Assembly: GCA_035711365.1 (NCBI GenBank)
Contig: DASTCF010000195.1
Location: 6,644-70,643, forward strand
Origin: Gemmatimonadales bacterium
GTDB taxonomy: Bacteria > Gemmatimonadota > Gemmatimonadetes > Gemmatimonadales > GWC2-71-9
Direction: 5' to 3'
DNA: 64,000 nucleotides
The position numbers and the translations under genes are program-made. Positions 1 to 10,277 of the stretch are shown in pieces (position 1 is the stretch's first letter; the number at the start of each line of letters is the position of its first letter). The notes beneath the pieces are model-generated. The model ran no database searches. It worked only from the letters and a program-made list of their open reading frames with translations, and had not been told where the DNA came from.

Positions 1-360
1 GGAGTCGCCGTCGAGATCGATCTCGAACGCATAGTGCCCGGGCCGCGGGAGCGGCACGTCGAACACGAGCACGGCGCCGGCTTCCACATCCGTGACCCCG
101 GCCGCGGGCTCGCCGAACTGAACCGTGCCCTCACCGCCGAGCAGCTCCGCGCCCGCCTCATCCACGAAGCGGATCCGGATCCGGTGGACCCCGATTTCCG
201 TCCGCCGCCCCCGCACGCTCAGCACGAGGTGCGTGCGCGGATGGACCGCGGGGAAATTGGCGACCCAGACGTGCTGAAAGATTCCCAGGACGGAGAGCTT
301 GCCCTGCTGGTCGATGAGGGCGTAGTCGGCGAGAACCGCGAAGTCGAGTCGCAGGCTCAG
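1..360 (-). CDS. hypothetical protein, N-terminal part only (gene runs off the left edge)
   Basis: The minus-strand frame is open from 375 to 1 with strong G/C third-position bias ([53 protein letters not shown]...). There is an in-frame TGA at 378..376. No ATG/GTG/TTG lies near the 5' end, only CTG 360..358 or ATC 375..373. This ORF is absent from the ORF track. Confidence 0.5.
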   Translation of the reverse strand, partial: MSLRLDFAVLADYALIDQQGKLSVLGIFQHVWVANFPAVHPRTHLVLSVRGRRTEIGVHRIRIRFVDEAGAELLGGEGTVQFGEPAAGVTDVEAGAVLVFDVPLPRPGHYAFEIDLDGDS

Positions 361-803
361 CTCACGCGGATCGATTCAACAACGTCGTTCTTCTGAATCC
401 GATTCACAACCTCCAGCCCGCTCGTCACCTGTCCGAAGACCGTGTGGACCCCGTCGAGGTGCGGCTGCGGCGAGTGGCAGATGAAGAACTGGCTCCCGCC
501 GGTGTCCTTGCCCGCGTGGGCCATCGAGAGCGTGCCGGCCTGGTGCTTATGGGTGTTCCGGTGGGTTTCGCACTTGATGGTATACCCGGGCCCGCCGGTA
601 CCGGCCCGCGGGTTGCTGGCGTCCCGGCTGAGCGGATCGCCGCCCTGGATCATGAAGTTCGGGATCACGCGATGAAAGCGGGTGCCGTCGTAGAATTTCG
701 CGTTGGCCAGTTTCTCGAAATTGGCCACGGTGCCGGGGGCCTCTTCGTCGAACAGCTCCGCAACGACGGTGCCCTTGCTGGTCTGGAGGGTCGCAGTCTT
801 CAT
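357..803 (-). CDS. ppiB: peptidyl-prolyl cis-trans isomerase, cyclophilin type
   Basis: 148 aa with cyclophilin blocks [15 protein letters not shown] and [16 protein letters not shown]. No signal peptide. Confidence 0.93.
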   Translation of the reverse strand: MKTATLQTSKGTVVAELFDEEAPGTVANFEKLANAKFYDGTRFHRVIPNFMIQGGDPLSRDASNPRAGTGGPGYTIKCETHRNTHKHQAGTLSMAHAGKDTGGSQFFICHSPQPHLDGVHTVFGQVTSGLEVVNRIQKNDVVESIRVS

Positions 804-813
804 GGGGATTTGA

Positions 814-2883
814 TCATGGGGTTCGGGTGGCGGCTCGCAGGGTCCGGGCCCACGCGTCAGCCGAATCGGCCGGGGCGAGGCAGGTCTCGCCGATGCAAAG
901 ATAGCCCCGCGGCGCCTTGCCCGTGGCGAGCATGCCGGCCAGAGCCGGGGGAAAGCCGGCCGGCGCCGACTCCGGCGTGAGCCGGCGCAGGGCGGCGCGC
1001 GGCAGCGCGGCGCGACGGGCCTCGAGCATCATCCGGTCGGCCTCGGGGTCGCCGGGGCTCCCGACGACCACGAGGTGTGCGATCGGCCCCAATGCCCAGT
1101 CCGCCGCGAGCAGCCAGGTGGCGGCATGCAGGCCGAGTTGCGGTGCCGCCCCCGCGAACGCGCGCAGCACCGCGTCACGCCGCTCGGCCCAGCCCGGCCC
1201 ACCGGTGTGGGCGTGAAGACGCGCGAACACCAGTGCCGCCACGCCGTTCGGAGACGGCGTCGGCGCATCCTCGACCGGCTTCACGCGGACCGGGAGCAGG
1301 CCCACGCCGCCGCGGCCCCGCGCCACATCGAAGAGCCCCCCATCCTCCGGGTCTGCGAACTCCACCCAGACCCGTTCCATGATTCGCGTCGCCCACGCGA
1401 GCCACTTCTCATCGCCGGTGTGCTCGAACGCGTCGATCGCCGCGGCGGCGACCTGCACTTGGTCCTCCAGGAGATCTGCGTCGCCGCCCGGCGCATGGGA
1501 CACCCGGTCCGGAGCAGGTGACTCGGCGCGGAGCCGCTCGAGGGCCCGCAGCGCGGCCTCGCCTGCCCATGGATCGTCGAGAACGGCGCCCGCCCGGAAG
1601 AGGGCGGAGGCCAGCATGGCATTCCAGGCGGCATACCGGCTGCGATCCACGAATGGCGCCGGCCGCCGGTCACGCGCGGCCTTCAGGGCGGAGCGCGCTG
1701 ATTGCAGGCGGGCGTCCGCCTCAGCCCGGTCGAGGCCCAGCTGGCGAGCGACGACCTCCAGCGGCCGCGGCGTGAACAGGACATTGCGCCCGGGGTCGTG
1801 GTGCATCTCTCCCGCGGTGCCGATGTCGTAGTACGTGGCGGCCAATTCAAACTCTGCGGCCGCGAGCGCCGCCTCGGCCTCCTCGCGAGTCCAGGTGAAA
1901 TAATCGCCGTCATCCTCGAGCCCGACGTCGGCGTCCTGGCTGGCACCGAAGCCCCCGTCCGGGTCGGCCAGCGTCTCCCGCACCCAGACGACAATGCCGC
2001 GTGCAACGTCCCCGAGTTCCGCCGAGCCGAACGCCACGGCCCCTTCGACGTAGGCGCGGAGCAATTCCGAATTGTCGTACGCCATCTTCTCGAAGTGGGG
2101 GACGATCCAGCGCTCGTCCACGCTGTAGCGGTGGAAGCCGCCTCCGACGTGATCATGAATCCCGCCGCGCGCCATCCCTTCGAGTGTCCGCCCGGCGATT
2201 TCCCTCCATCGGGCTTCGCCCGTCTCCTGCCAGCGGCGGATCAGGAAGAGCACCGCGGCCGGGTGGGGGAACTTCGGCCGGGTCCCGAAGCCGCCGTGCA
2301 CCGGGTCGAAGGACCGTGCCATCTGGGCAGCGGCGTCCTCGAGCAGGCCGGGTGCAAGGACCCCGGGGCCCGCGACCTCGAGCTGCTCCGAGAGGGCACG
2401 GCGCACCGCAAGCGCCTGCGCGTCGAGATGCGGGCGCTGCTCGTCCCACGCTCGGCGGATCTGCTCCAGCACGCTCCGGAATCCGGGGCGGCCGTACTTC
2501 CCATCCGGCGGGAAGTAGGTGCCGCCGAAGAACACATGACCCTCGGGCGTGAGCAGGGCGGTCAGAGGCCAGCCGCCCTGGCCTGTCATAGCCTGGACGG
2601 CGCGCTGATAGCGCGAATCCACGTCGGGCCGCTCATCGCGGTCCACCTTGACGCACACGAAGTGCTGGTTGAGGTACGCCGCGAGGCCGGGATCCTCATA
2701 CGACTCCCCATCCATGACGTGGCACCAGTGACACCAGACGGCACCGATGTCGAGGAGGATGGGACGATCGCGGGCCTTCGCCTCGCGGAACGCCTCGTCG
2801 CCCCAGGGATGCCAGTGCACCGGCTGGTGTGCGGCGGAGGCAAGGTAGGCGGAGGGTGAGCCCGCCAGGCGATTCTCACTCAT
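814..2883 (-). CDS. thioredoxin-domain protein, DUF255/YyaL (SPATA20-like) family
   Basis: 689 aa. The N-terminal block [28 protein letters not shown] is typical of this family and is followed by a long helical region. Confidence 0.88.
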   Translation of the reverse strand: MSENRLAGSPSAYLASAAHQPVHWHPWGDEAFREAKARDRPILLDIGAVWCHWCHVMDGESYEDPGLAAYLNQHFVCVKVDRDERPDVDSRYQRAVQAMTGQGGWPLTALLTPEGHVFFGGTYFPPDGKYGRPGFRSVLEQIRRAWDEQRPHLDAQALAVRRALSEQLEVAGPGVLAPGLLEDAAAQMARSFDPVHGGFGTRPKFPHPAAVLFLIRRWQETGEARWREIAGRTLEGMARGGIHDHVGGGFHRYSVDERWIVPHFEKMAYDNSELLRAYVEGAVAFGSAELGDVARGIVVWVRETLADPDGGFGASQDADVGLEDDGDYFTWTREEAEAALAAAEFELAATYYDIGTAGEMHHDPGRNVLFTPRPLEVVARQLGLDRAEADARLQSARSALKAARDRRPAPFVDRSRYAAWNAMLASALFRAGAVLDDPWAGEAALRALERLRAESPAPDRVSHAPGGDADLLEDQVQVAAAAIDAFEHTGDEKWLAWATRIMERVWVEFADPEDGGLFDVARGRGGVGLLPVRVKPVEDAPTPSPNGVAALVFARLHAHTGGPGWAERRDAVLRAFAGAAPQLGLHAATWLLAADWALGPIAHLVVVGSPGDPEADRMMLEARRAALPRAALRRLTPESAPAGFPPALAGMLATGKAPRGYLCIGETCLAPADSADAWARTLRAATRTP

Positions 2884-2895
2884 GCCGGGTCGGTC

Positions 2896-3561
2896 TCACT
2901 TCGCCGCCCCAGCGGTCGACGAGGGGCAGAGCGGGCTCAGCACGCACTCGGTGCACCTCGGCCGGCGCGCGATACAGGTGGTCCGGCCGTGGCTGATGAG
3001 GAGGTGAGAAACGAGTGTCCAGTCCGCGCGGGGGAGGAGCGCCATCAGGTCGCGCTCGACCTTGACCGGATCGTCGTGGCGGGTGAGGCGAAGCAATTTC
3101 GTGATCCGGCCGACGTGGGTATCGACCGTTACCCCTTCAGTCACGCCGAAAGCATTGCCGAGGACGACGTTGGCAGTCTTGCGGCCGACGCCCGGCAGGA
3201 CACGGAGCTCCGCCATCGTCCGCGGGACATTCCCGCCATGCTTCTCGACGAGGGCCCGGGCCATCGCGATGAGATTCTTGGTCTTGGCCCGGAAGAATCC
3301 GGTCGATCGGATCAGGTCCTCGAGTTGGGTCGGGGGCGCCAGGGAAAGCGCAGCGGCATCCGGGTAGCGGGCGAATACCGCGGGCGTGACCATGTTCACC
3401 CTGAGATCCGTGCATTGAGCGGAGAGAATGGTCGCCACCAGCAGCTGGTAGGCGTCCTCGTGGTGAAGCGCGCAATGCGCGTCGGGGTAGCGTCGTTTCA
3501 GGGCCGCCAGGATTCGACCGGCGCGGAGGCGGCGCGCCGCGGCGGATTCCCGCCCCGCCAT
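2896..3561 (-). CDS. nth: endonuclease III
   Basis: ORF 2896..3639. HhH-GPD core (LVATILSAQCTD, LPGVGRKTANVVL) and a C-terminal Cys cluster (CIARRPRCTECVLSPLC). I set the start to ATG 3561..3559, which shares one nt with the polX TGA stop. Confidence 0.9.
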   Translation of the reverse strand: MAGRESAAARRLRAGRILAALKRRYPDAHCALHHEDAYQLLVATILSAQCTDLRVNMVTPAVFARYPDAAALSLAPPTQLEDLIRSTGFFRAKTKNLIAMARALVEKHGGNVPRTMAELRVLPGVGRKTANVVLGNAFGVTEGVTVDTHVGRITKLLRLTRHDDPVKVERDLMALLPRADWTLVSHLLISHGRTTCIARRPRCTECVLSPLCPSSTAGAAK

Positions 3562-5291
3562 CAGCCGCGCCGGTGCCGTGCGAAGGCCAGGAATTCCTCC
3601 GCGCTCCGCGTGTTGAGCACGTCGGCAGCGCCGAGCCACCCCTTCCTTGCGACGCCGATCCCGTATTCCACATTGTCGAGCCCGGCCAGGTTGTGGGCAT
3701 CCGCGCCGATCGAAATTGACACCCCCGCCGCCCGCGCCCGGCGCAGGAGCCGCCAGTCGAGGTCAAGCCGATGCGGGTCCGCGTTGATCTCGATCGCGAC
3801 GCCTCGCGCCGCGGCGCGGGTGAACACCGCCTCCATGTCGATCGGGTACGCATCCCGCGAGAGAAGCAGTCGGCCCGTCGGGTGACCGAGGATGGTCAGG
3901 TAGGGGCTGTCGAGTGCCGCCAGCACCCGCGCCGTCATCTCCTCCCCACCCATGTTGAACCGGCTGTGAATCGAGCCGATGACGAAGTCGAGGCCCGCCA
4001 GGACGCCGTCCTCATAGTCGAGCCGGCCGTCGGCGAGAATATCGGCCTCGATGCCTTTGAGAATCCGGAATCCGGGGATGGACGCATTCACCCGGTCGAT
4101 CTCCGCGGCCTGGCGTGCGAGGTCGGCAGGTTTGAGCCCGCCGGCATATGCGGCGGACTGGCTGTGGTCGGTGATACCGAGCCAGGCGTAGCCGGCGGCA
4201 TGAACCGTTCGGGCCAGCTCCTCGACCGTGACGGAGCCGTCGGAGTACTGGGTGTGGCAATGGAGGAAGCCCTTGAGCTCGGGCCGCTCGAGCAGGGCGG
4301 GGAGAGCGGCCGCGGCAGCGGCCTCCACTTCGCCCTGCCCCTCCCGGAGCTCGGGCGCGATCCACGCGAGGCCGAGGGCTCCGTACAGGGCCTCCTCGTC
4401 CGGGGTCGCCACGAACTCACTTCCGCGCCAGAGCGCGGCCCCGGTCAGATTGAAGCCACGCGCCGCCGCATGCGCGCCCAGCTCCTCCAGGTGTGATTCG
4501 CTGCCCGTGGTGTGCGCCAGCACGGCGCCGGCGTTCACGGGCGGGGTCACGACGATCTGTACGCTCGAGCCGCCCGCGAAACGAAGGGTGACCCGTCGAT
4601 CGTCCTGGCTCGCGAACTCGTGGACCCCCGGGAGTTGACCGAGGCGACGCGCGAGCTCGGCTGGCGGCACGTCCGCCACGAGCACCACCACGAGCTCGCG
4701 GACAACCTCCATCCGGCGACGAACCTCCCCTGCGGGTACGGCGCGGAGGACACCGGGCAGCCGCTCGAGTCCCTCGAGGAGACTTCGGGTTTCCTCCGCG
4801 GCATGATGGCAGAGCTTGAATGCACTCGCCTGCCGGAGGAAGGCGATGCTCTTTCGGATGTTGTCGGCGGTCTTCTGGCCGAAGCGCGGGAGTTGCGCCA
4901 GGCGGCCGTCGGTGGCGGCAGCCTCGAGCTCCGGGAGGCTGTCAATCGCGAGCGTCTCATGGATCTGGCGAATCTTCGCGACGCCGAGTCCGGAGATGGC
5001 GAGCATCTCGACCAGCCCGGGCGGCACCTGTTCGCGAAGCTCCTCGAGCAGCGAGCTGCGGCCGGCCTCGGCCAGCTCCCGGACGATTTCGAGGCTGGCG
5101 GGGCCGACACCTTTCGTGGCGGCGAGGGAGCCGTTCGCCAGTGCCTCCGCGAGTGGGCCCGGGAGCCCACCGACGACGCGAGACACCGTGCGGAAGGTGC
5201 GGACGCGGAAGGGATTCTCGCCCTTCAGCTCCATGAACGCGGCGATCTGCTCCAGCGCCTCGGCCACGGCCTTCTTGTCCATCCGCTGCAT
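3561..5291 (-). CDS. polX: DNA polymerase/3'-5' exonuclease PolX (Pol-beta-like N-terminal domain plus C-terminal PHP domain)
   Basis: 576 aa. N-terminal helix-hairpin-helix / pol X region (AEALEQIAAFMELKGENPFRVRTF) and PHP histidinol-phosphatase-like C-terminus (LHCHTQYSDG..GITDHS..GSIHS..GHPTGR..GADAH). Confidence 0.9.
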   Translation of the reverse strand: MQRMDKKAVAEALEQIAAFMELKGENPFRVRTFRTVSRVVGGLPGPLAEALANGSLAATKGVGPASLEIVRELAEAGRSSLLEELREQVPPGLVEMLAISGLGVAKIRQIHETLAIDSLPELEAAATDGRLAQLPRFGQKTADNIRKSIAFLRQASAFKLCHHAAEETRSLLEGLERLPGVLRAVPAGEVRRRMEVVRELVVVLVADVPPAELARRLGQLPGVHEFASQDDRRVTLRFAGGSSVQIVVTPPVNAGAVLAHTTGSESHLEELGAHAAARGFNLTGAALWRGSEFVATPDEEALYGALGLAWIAPELREGQGEVEAAAAAALPALLERPELKGFLHCHTQYSDGSVTVEELARTVHAAGYAWLGITDHSQSAAYAGGLKPADLARQAAEIDRVNASIPGFRILKGIEADILADGRLDYEDGVLAGLDFVIGSIHSRFNMGGEEMTARVLAALDSPYLTILGHPTGRLLLSRDAYPIDMEAVFTRAAARGVAIEINADPHRLDLDWRLLRRARAAGVSISIGADAHNLAGLDNVEYGIGVARKGWLGAADVLNTRSAEEFLAFARHRRG

Positions 5292-5971
5292 CAGCCGATC
5301 CCCGGGCCATTGTGAGCCGTGGACGGCTCGGGCACGAACATGAGCAGGCGGCCGGCGAGCTCGACGAGTTCCTCCGGGCCAACCAGGGAATAGATGCCCG
5401 CGGACGCGCCCCCCGGCAGGACCGGTGAGAACAACGCGCTTCCGTCGGCCCGCAATAGCGCCTCACCCGGAGTCCCGACGGCCTCCACCACCGAAAACCC
5501 CATCCGGCCTGGATGCATGCCGAAGATCCCCAGCACGCGCAGTCCACCGTGGGACAGCGAGTGCACGAAACACCCGTCGAGCGGCTCGGCAGCGGTATCC
5601 GGGGCGAGCGCGGCCCACACCAGCCGTTCCGGCACCTGAAGGTAGCCCGCGGAGGGAGCGGCATCGGCGTGAGCGGCTCCGGCTCCCAGGGCAGTCCGCG
5701 TCCGGTCGAGATCGGTGCGCCACGTGACCACGCCCGCGTCCCACGCGAGGTAGGCGTGATGTGCCAGGGCCGCCAGCTCCTCCACCCCCTCGCCCGCGCC
5801 GCTATCATCCGGTCGGAGGTCGCGCAGCAACGTCATCGCCGGCAGGGACAGGAAGAAGGCATCACGATCGCGCGGATCGTGACCCGCTCCTGCGAGCGCT
5901 TCCCGGATGGCGGGGAACCGCTCGCCGGCGAGCTCTGCGAACACGAGGTCAAACGGGGTCGAACGGCTCAT
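5291..5971 (-). CDS. hypothetical protein (226 aa), translationally coupled to polX
   Basis: This is the C-terminal part of ORF 5291..6532, starting at ATG 5971..5969 (MSRSTPFDLVFAELAGERF...). The upstream part of that ORF is Ser/Thr/Arg-rich and antisense to the kinase gene. Its stop TGA shares one nt with the polX ATG. I recognise no domain. Confidence 0.6.
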   Translation of the reverse strand: MSRSTPFDLVFAELAGERFPAIREALAGAGHDPRDRDAFFLSLPAMTLLRDLRPDDSGAGEGVEELAALAHHAYLAWDAGVVTWRTDLDRTRTALGAGAAHADAAPSAGYLQVPERLVWAALAPDTAAEPLDGCFVHSLSHGGLRVLGIFGMHPGRMGFSVVEAVGTPGEALLRADGSALFSPVLPGGASAGIYSLVGPEELVELAGRLLMFVPEPSTAHNGPGIG

Positions 5972-6059
5972 CGCGGGAAAGGTAATGCCTCTGGTGGGGG
6001 TCCCCGGGCGGCGATACCTTTGCCCCCCTCTGCCCCCGCAGTCATCCAAGCGCGTCGGA

Positions 6060-8534
6060 GGTGTGGTGGTCAAGACCGGGAGCATCGCCACGAAAGTGGC
6101 GCTGGTGGTCTCAGCCGTTGTCGTTGCGGCACTTGCGCTCGTAGGCGTGTTCGCGTTGCGGAGCTCGGACAAGGAACTGGTCCGGCTGCAGCTGGACCAG
6201 GCCAGCCGCCGGCTCAACACGAACCTCGCCATCGCCGAGCGCATCTTCGAGGAGCGGTTCCCCGGCGACTGGCGGCTCGTGGACGGGAAGCCGGTGCCGT
6301 TCGGCCAGGCCGCTCCGCCCGAATCGCTCGCCACCCACCTCTTCAAGGGCGACACGCCCATCCTGTCCAATCCCGAAGTGACGGCGCTCCTCCTCGAGGT
6401 GGCACGGCTCACCGGGACGGAATTGAGCATCGCGCAGCGGCTGCCGGACAACCGGGTCCTTCGCCTCGCGACGAGCGACACAGGCTCGGCCTCCTCGGGT
6501 GTGCTCACGGTCATGCGGTCCCGCGATCCCACGACCGGCGAGCCGGTGGCCGCCGGCCTGGCCCTGAGGGAAGGCGAGCCGGTATTCGGGCGCTCGACCG
6601 AGGGCGAGGATGACTGGACGCTTTACCGGACGATCCATGCCGGCAACGACATCGTCGGCGTGTTCTACGCCGCGACACCCTACGGGCCCTTCGCGGAGAG
6701 CGCGGCGGCGGCCTCCCGCAGCGTCGCCGAGGGGCTGCTGCCGGTGGTACTGATGGTGGCGGCGGGCGCGTCTCTCCTGCTGTTCCTCCTCACGCGGGGA
6801 ATGCTGCGCCCCCTGCGGGCCATCCACGATGCCGTGGGCCGGCTGGGCGAGGGCGAGTGGCCGCAGGAGGTCCGGGTTCGGAGCCGGGATGAGGTCGGCG
6901 AGCTGGCGCGTGCATTCAACCGAATGGCCGCCGATCTCCGGCAGATTTACGCGACGATCGAGGAGAAGGTCCACCTCCGCACCCGGGAGCTCGAGGAGAG
7001 CAACGCGGCCCTGGGCGCGGCGCGCGAGGCCGCCGACGTGGCCAACCAGGCCAAGAGCCGATTCCTGGCGAACATGAGCCACGAGCTCCGGACGCCGCTC
7101 AACGCCATCATCGGCTACAGCGAGATGCTCGAGGAAGAGGCAGAGGACCGCGAACAGACCGACCTCATCCCTGACCTCCAGAAGATCCACGGTGCGGGCC
7201 GCCACCTGCTCCAGCTGATCAACGACATCCTCGACCTGTCGAAGATCGAGGCCGGCCGGATGGATCTGTATCTCGAGACCTTCGACGTCAAGGCGATGGT
7301 GGACGAGGTGGTGAGCACGATCCAGCCGCTGATCCGGCAGAAGTCGAACACCCTGCGCGTGACCCTGGGCGACGGTCTCGGCCCGATGCACGCCGACCTG
7401 ACCAAGCTCCGCCAGGCGCTCTTCAACCTGCTCAGCAACGCCTCCAAGTTCACTGAAGCGGGCACGATCGAGCTTCGCGTCAGCCGGGAACCCCGCAACG
7501 GCATGGAATGGATCGTGTGCGCGGTGCACGACAGCGGCATCGGCATGAGCGCCGAGCAGCTGGCGCGGCTGTTCCAGCCTTTCAGCCAGGCGGACGCGTC
7601 CACCACCCGCAAGTACGGGGGCACGGGGCTGGGCCTGACCATCACCAAGCGGTTCTGCGAAATGATGGGCGGCACGGTCACCGTGGAAAGCGTGCCCGGA
7701 GAGGGATCCACCTTCACGATTCACCTTCCGGCGGACGTGCAGCCCCCGCCGGTCACCGCCGAGCACGTCGCGGGCGTTGCCGGGCCCGCCGGGACCGTCC
7801 TGGTCATCGACGACGACGCGGCCATGCACGACCTGGTGCGCCGGACGCTCGACAAGGAGGGGATCAACGTCATCAGCGCCTTCGGCGGGGACGAGGGCCT
7901 GCTGCTGGCGCGGGAGGCGAAGCCCGCGGTCATTACGCTCGACGTGATGATGCCGGGCAACGACGGCTGGAACGTGCTGCGGTCGCTCAAGGCAGATCCG
8001 TCACTTTCCTCGATTCCGGTCGTAATGCTGACCATCGTGGACGACAAGAACCTGGGCTTTTCCCTGGGCGCGTCCGAATACCTGACGAAACCGGTGGACC
8101 GCGAGCGGCTGGTCAGGGTCATCCGCCGGCTCCGGGCGGACGGTACGGGCGGGCGCGCCCTGATCGTCGACGATGATCCGGCGGCCCGGGAGCGGATGCG
8201 GCACATGCTGGAGCAGGAAGCGTGGGAAGTCTTCGAGGCCCCGCACGGGCGGGCCGGGCTGGACGTCATGGCCGACCGCCTGCCGGATCTCATCCTGCTC
8301 GACCTGATGATGCCGGAGATGGACGGCTTCGAGTTTCTCGCGGCGCTGCACGCGCGGGAAGGCGGGCGCTCGGTCCCGGTGGTGGTGGTCACGGGGGCCG
8401 ATCTCACGCCCGCGGAGCGCGAGCACCTCGCGGTCAACGTGGCGAAGGTATTCGACAAGCGGCACCTGGACGAAACGGAATTCCTGACTGAACTGCGGCG
8501 CCACCTGGGCGCGCCGGCTACCAAGGGGTCGTAG
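6060..8534 (+). CDS. hybrid sensor histidine kinase (periplasmic Cache-like sensor, HAMP, HisKA, HATPase, two receiver domains)
   Basis: ORF 5907..8534. I placed the start at GTG 6060, just before TM helix [20 protein letters not shown]-box [23 protein letters not shown]; ATPase G-box GGTGLGLTI; receiver acidic pockets [12 protein letters not shown] and [12 protein letters not shown]. Confidence 0.9.
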   Translation, partial: GVVVKTGSIATKVALVVSAVVVAALALVGVFALRSSDKELVRLQLDQASRRLNTNLAIAERIFEERFPGDWRLVDGKPVPFGQAAPPESLATHLFKGDTPILSNPEVTALLLEVARLTGTELSIAQRLPDNRVLRLATSDTGSASSGVLTVMRSRDPTTGEPVAAGLALREGEPVFGRSTEGEDDWTLYRTIHAGNDIVGVFYAATPYGPFAESAAAASRSVAEGLLPVVLMVAAGASLLLFLLTRGMLRPLRAIHDAVGRLGEGEWPQEVRVRSRDEVGELARAFNRMAADLRQIYATIEEKVHLRTRELEESNAALGAAREAADVANQAKSRFLANMSHELRTPLNAIIGYSEMLEEEAEDREQTDLIPDLQKIHGAGRHLLQLINDILDLSKIEAGRMDLYLETFDVKAMVDEVVSTIQPLIRQKSNTLRVTLGDGLGPMHADLTKLRQALFNLLSNASKFTEAGTIELRVSREPRNGMEWIVCAVHDSGIGMSAEQLARLFQPFSQADASTTRKYGGTGLGLTITKRFCEMMGGTVTVESVPGEGSTFTIHLPADVQPPPVTAEHVAGVAGPAGTVLVIDDDAAMHDLVRRTLDKEGINVISAFGGDEGLLLAREAKPAVITLDVMMPGNDGWNVLRSLKADPSLSSIPVVMLTIVDDKNLGFSLGASEYLTKPVDRERLVRVIRRLRADGTGGRALIVDDDPAARERMRHMLEQEAWEVFEAPHGRAGLDVMADRLPDLILLDLMMPEMDGFEFLAALHAREGGRSVPVVVVTGADLTPAEREHLAVNVAKVFDKRHLDETEFLTELRRHLGAPATKGS

Positions 8535-8537
8535 GCT

Positions 8538-8909
8538 GTGACGAAGATCCTGCTGGTCGAAGACAATGACCTGAACCGGGATATGCTGACCCGGCGCCTC
8601 ACCAAGCGCGGCTACGAGGTCCTCACCGCCACCGACGGTGAGCAGGGCCTGGTGCTCGCCCAGGCGGAGCAGCCTGACCTCGTCCTGATGGATATGAGTT
8701 TGCCCGGCATAGACGGTTGGGAGACGACCCGCAGATTGCGCGCCGGGGCCGGCACCGCCGCAATTCCCGTGATCGCCCTGACAGCCCACGCCATGGCCGG
8801 CGATCGCGAACGCGCGCTCGAGGCCGGGTGCGATGACTATGACACCAAGCCGGTGGAGATGGACCGCCTCCTGCTCAAGATCGAATCCCTTACCCATCCC
8901 CGCCCATGA
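8538..8909 (+). CDS. single-domain response regulator (CheY-like receiver)
   Basis: GTG start 3 nt after the kinase stop. 123 aa with the receiver pattern LLVEDNDLN, LVLMDMSLPGIDG, ALTAHAM, TKP. Confidence 0.9.
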   Translation: MTKILLVEDNDLNRDMLTRRLTKRGYEVLTATDGEQGLVLAQAEQPDLVLMDMSLPGIDGWETTRRLRAGAGTAAIPVIALTAHAMAGDRERALEAGCDDYDTKPVEMDRLLLKIESLTHPRP

Positions 8910-10270
8910 TTCATACAATCGTCCGACATCTTCCGATCGCCGTCGCCGCGGCATTCCTGGGCTGCAGCGCTGGCGGAGGGGGCACCTCGGCCGCTCCGGC
9001 TCCCGCGGCGGCGTCCGCGACTCCCGCGGTGCGCGTCCCGCCGGCGGTCGAACCCACCTTCTCCGCAACCGTCACAGGCAATGGCTGGGTAGACGGAACG
9101 GTCGGTGGCGGGGCCCGCTATTTCCGCGAAACCGGCGGCACGGCGAACCAGCCGTTCGACCTGCGCGGGTCCGAATTGGGCGACGAGAAGGACAAGGCCT
9201 GCGGCAGGGACTGGCGCCCCTCCGAGGCCCGCTCGATCGTCACGGTCACGCCTCAGATCGATCCCGTTCAGCGGACCGCCGGCTTCACGCTGAACGCCGA
9301 CGCGACCTCCACGCGGGGGCGCTGGCGCGAGAAAGGGGTCCTCACCTGTACGACCGTCAGCCGGTCGGATGCCCAGAGCGCCTCGATGGCGCGAGGCCTG
9401 ATTGCCGTTACGCTCGGCGGCCCAGTGGGCGGCCGCGACCGGCTGTTCATCGACACCACCGGCTTCTCCATCGGGGAGTGGGCGTTCCGGGTCTCCGACA
9501 CCGGTGGCAACCCGCTCGCGACCGAGCGGCTCGGCACGGGCATGGTTGCCGAGGTGCCGGGACCGGGGAGCTATGAAGTCGTGGCGTCCGTGACCGCCCG
9601 GGCCGCTGCGGCGGCCCGCGACTCCATCGCCCAGCGGCTGCGGGCCAGCGTCCGGGTCGCCAGCCTTCGAAACGCCATCGCCGCCGCGACCGGACGGTAC
9701 CCCACGCCGGACATGCAGGTGCCGTTCGACGCCGTGATCCCCACGCCGGAAATTTCGAGCTCGATTCAGCGGGCGCTGGCGAATTACCAGCCGTGCGGCA
9801 CCAAGCCCGGCTGCGCCGGGAAAGTCTTCGATGCCGCGGTGCGTGCGGTCTGGGTCCGGTCGCTCGGTGGCGGGGCGGCGATTGATCTCGTCTTCGCGGG
9901 GACGAAGCGGACCCCTATCAACATCCGTCTCATCGGCGAGGCTGAGATCCGCGGGGACTCGCTCTACCTCACGTCGGCGCATCTCGATCCTTCGCAGCGG
10001 GACATCGCCGGCAAGCGGGACCTGGCGGACGCCTCCGCCAAGCTGGCCGGCCGGATCGCCGCGACCGGCTACCCGATCGGGGGGCAGCGGCAGGAAGGCG
10101 AGCAGGCGGTGCGATCCCGGTTCCCGATTCCCTGGGGCGCGGTGTGCGTTGGAGCGGCTGGGACGCCCCCGGCGTTCCTGGGACTTCGGCCCGTGGCGGA
10201 CTCGACGGCGCTCGCCGTGGTGTTCGCCCTCGCGCCGGAGCCCGCGCGCCCCTGCTCGCGGTCCCGGTAA
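8906..10270 (+). CDS. lipoprotein of unknown function (454 aa)
   Basis: ATGA overlap with the receiver gene stop. Lipobox AAAFLG/CS is followed by a Gly/Ala/Pro linker. G/C third-position bias is high. I recognise no domain. Confidence 0.7.
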   Translation: MIHTIVRHLPIAVAAAFLGCSAGGGGTSAAPAPAAASATPAVRVPPAVEPTFSATVTGNGWVDGTVGGGARYFRETGGTANQPFDLRGSELGDEKDKACGRDWRPSEARSIVTVTPQIDPVQRTAGFTLNADATSTRGRWREKGVLTCTTVSRSDAQSASMARGLIAVTLGGPVGGRDRLFIDTTGFSIGEWAFRVSDTGGNPLATERLGTGMVAEVPGPGSYEVVASVTARAAAAARDSIAQRLRASVRVASLRNAIAAATGRYPTPDMQVPFDAVIPTPEISSSIQRALANYQPCGTKPGCAGKVFDAAVRAVWVRSLGGGAAIDLVFAGTKRTPINIRLIGEAEIRGDSLYLTSAHLDPSQRDIAGKRDLADASAKLAGRIAATGYPIGGQRQEGEQAVRSRFPIPWGAVCVGAAGTPPAFLGLRPVADSTALAVVFALAPEPARPCSRSR

Positions 10271-10277
10271 GGCGCGA

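Noticed and set aside
34-396. A 120-aa plus-strand ORF at the left edge.
   Set aside because: It has low-complexity Arg/Pro/Asp composition. The minus-strand frame over the same bases has much better coding character and continues the ppiB operon.
357-803. A programmed frameshift fusing the cyclophilin to the start-less downstream ORF.
   Set aside because: The cyclophilin ends at the position expected for the family (..VVESIRVS). No slippery heptamer is evident at the junction. Reinitiation at a near-cognate codon is the simpler reading.
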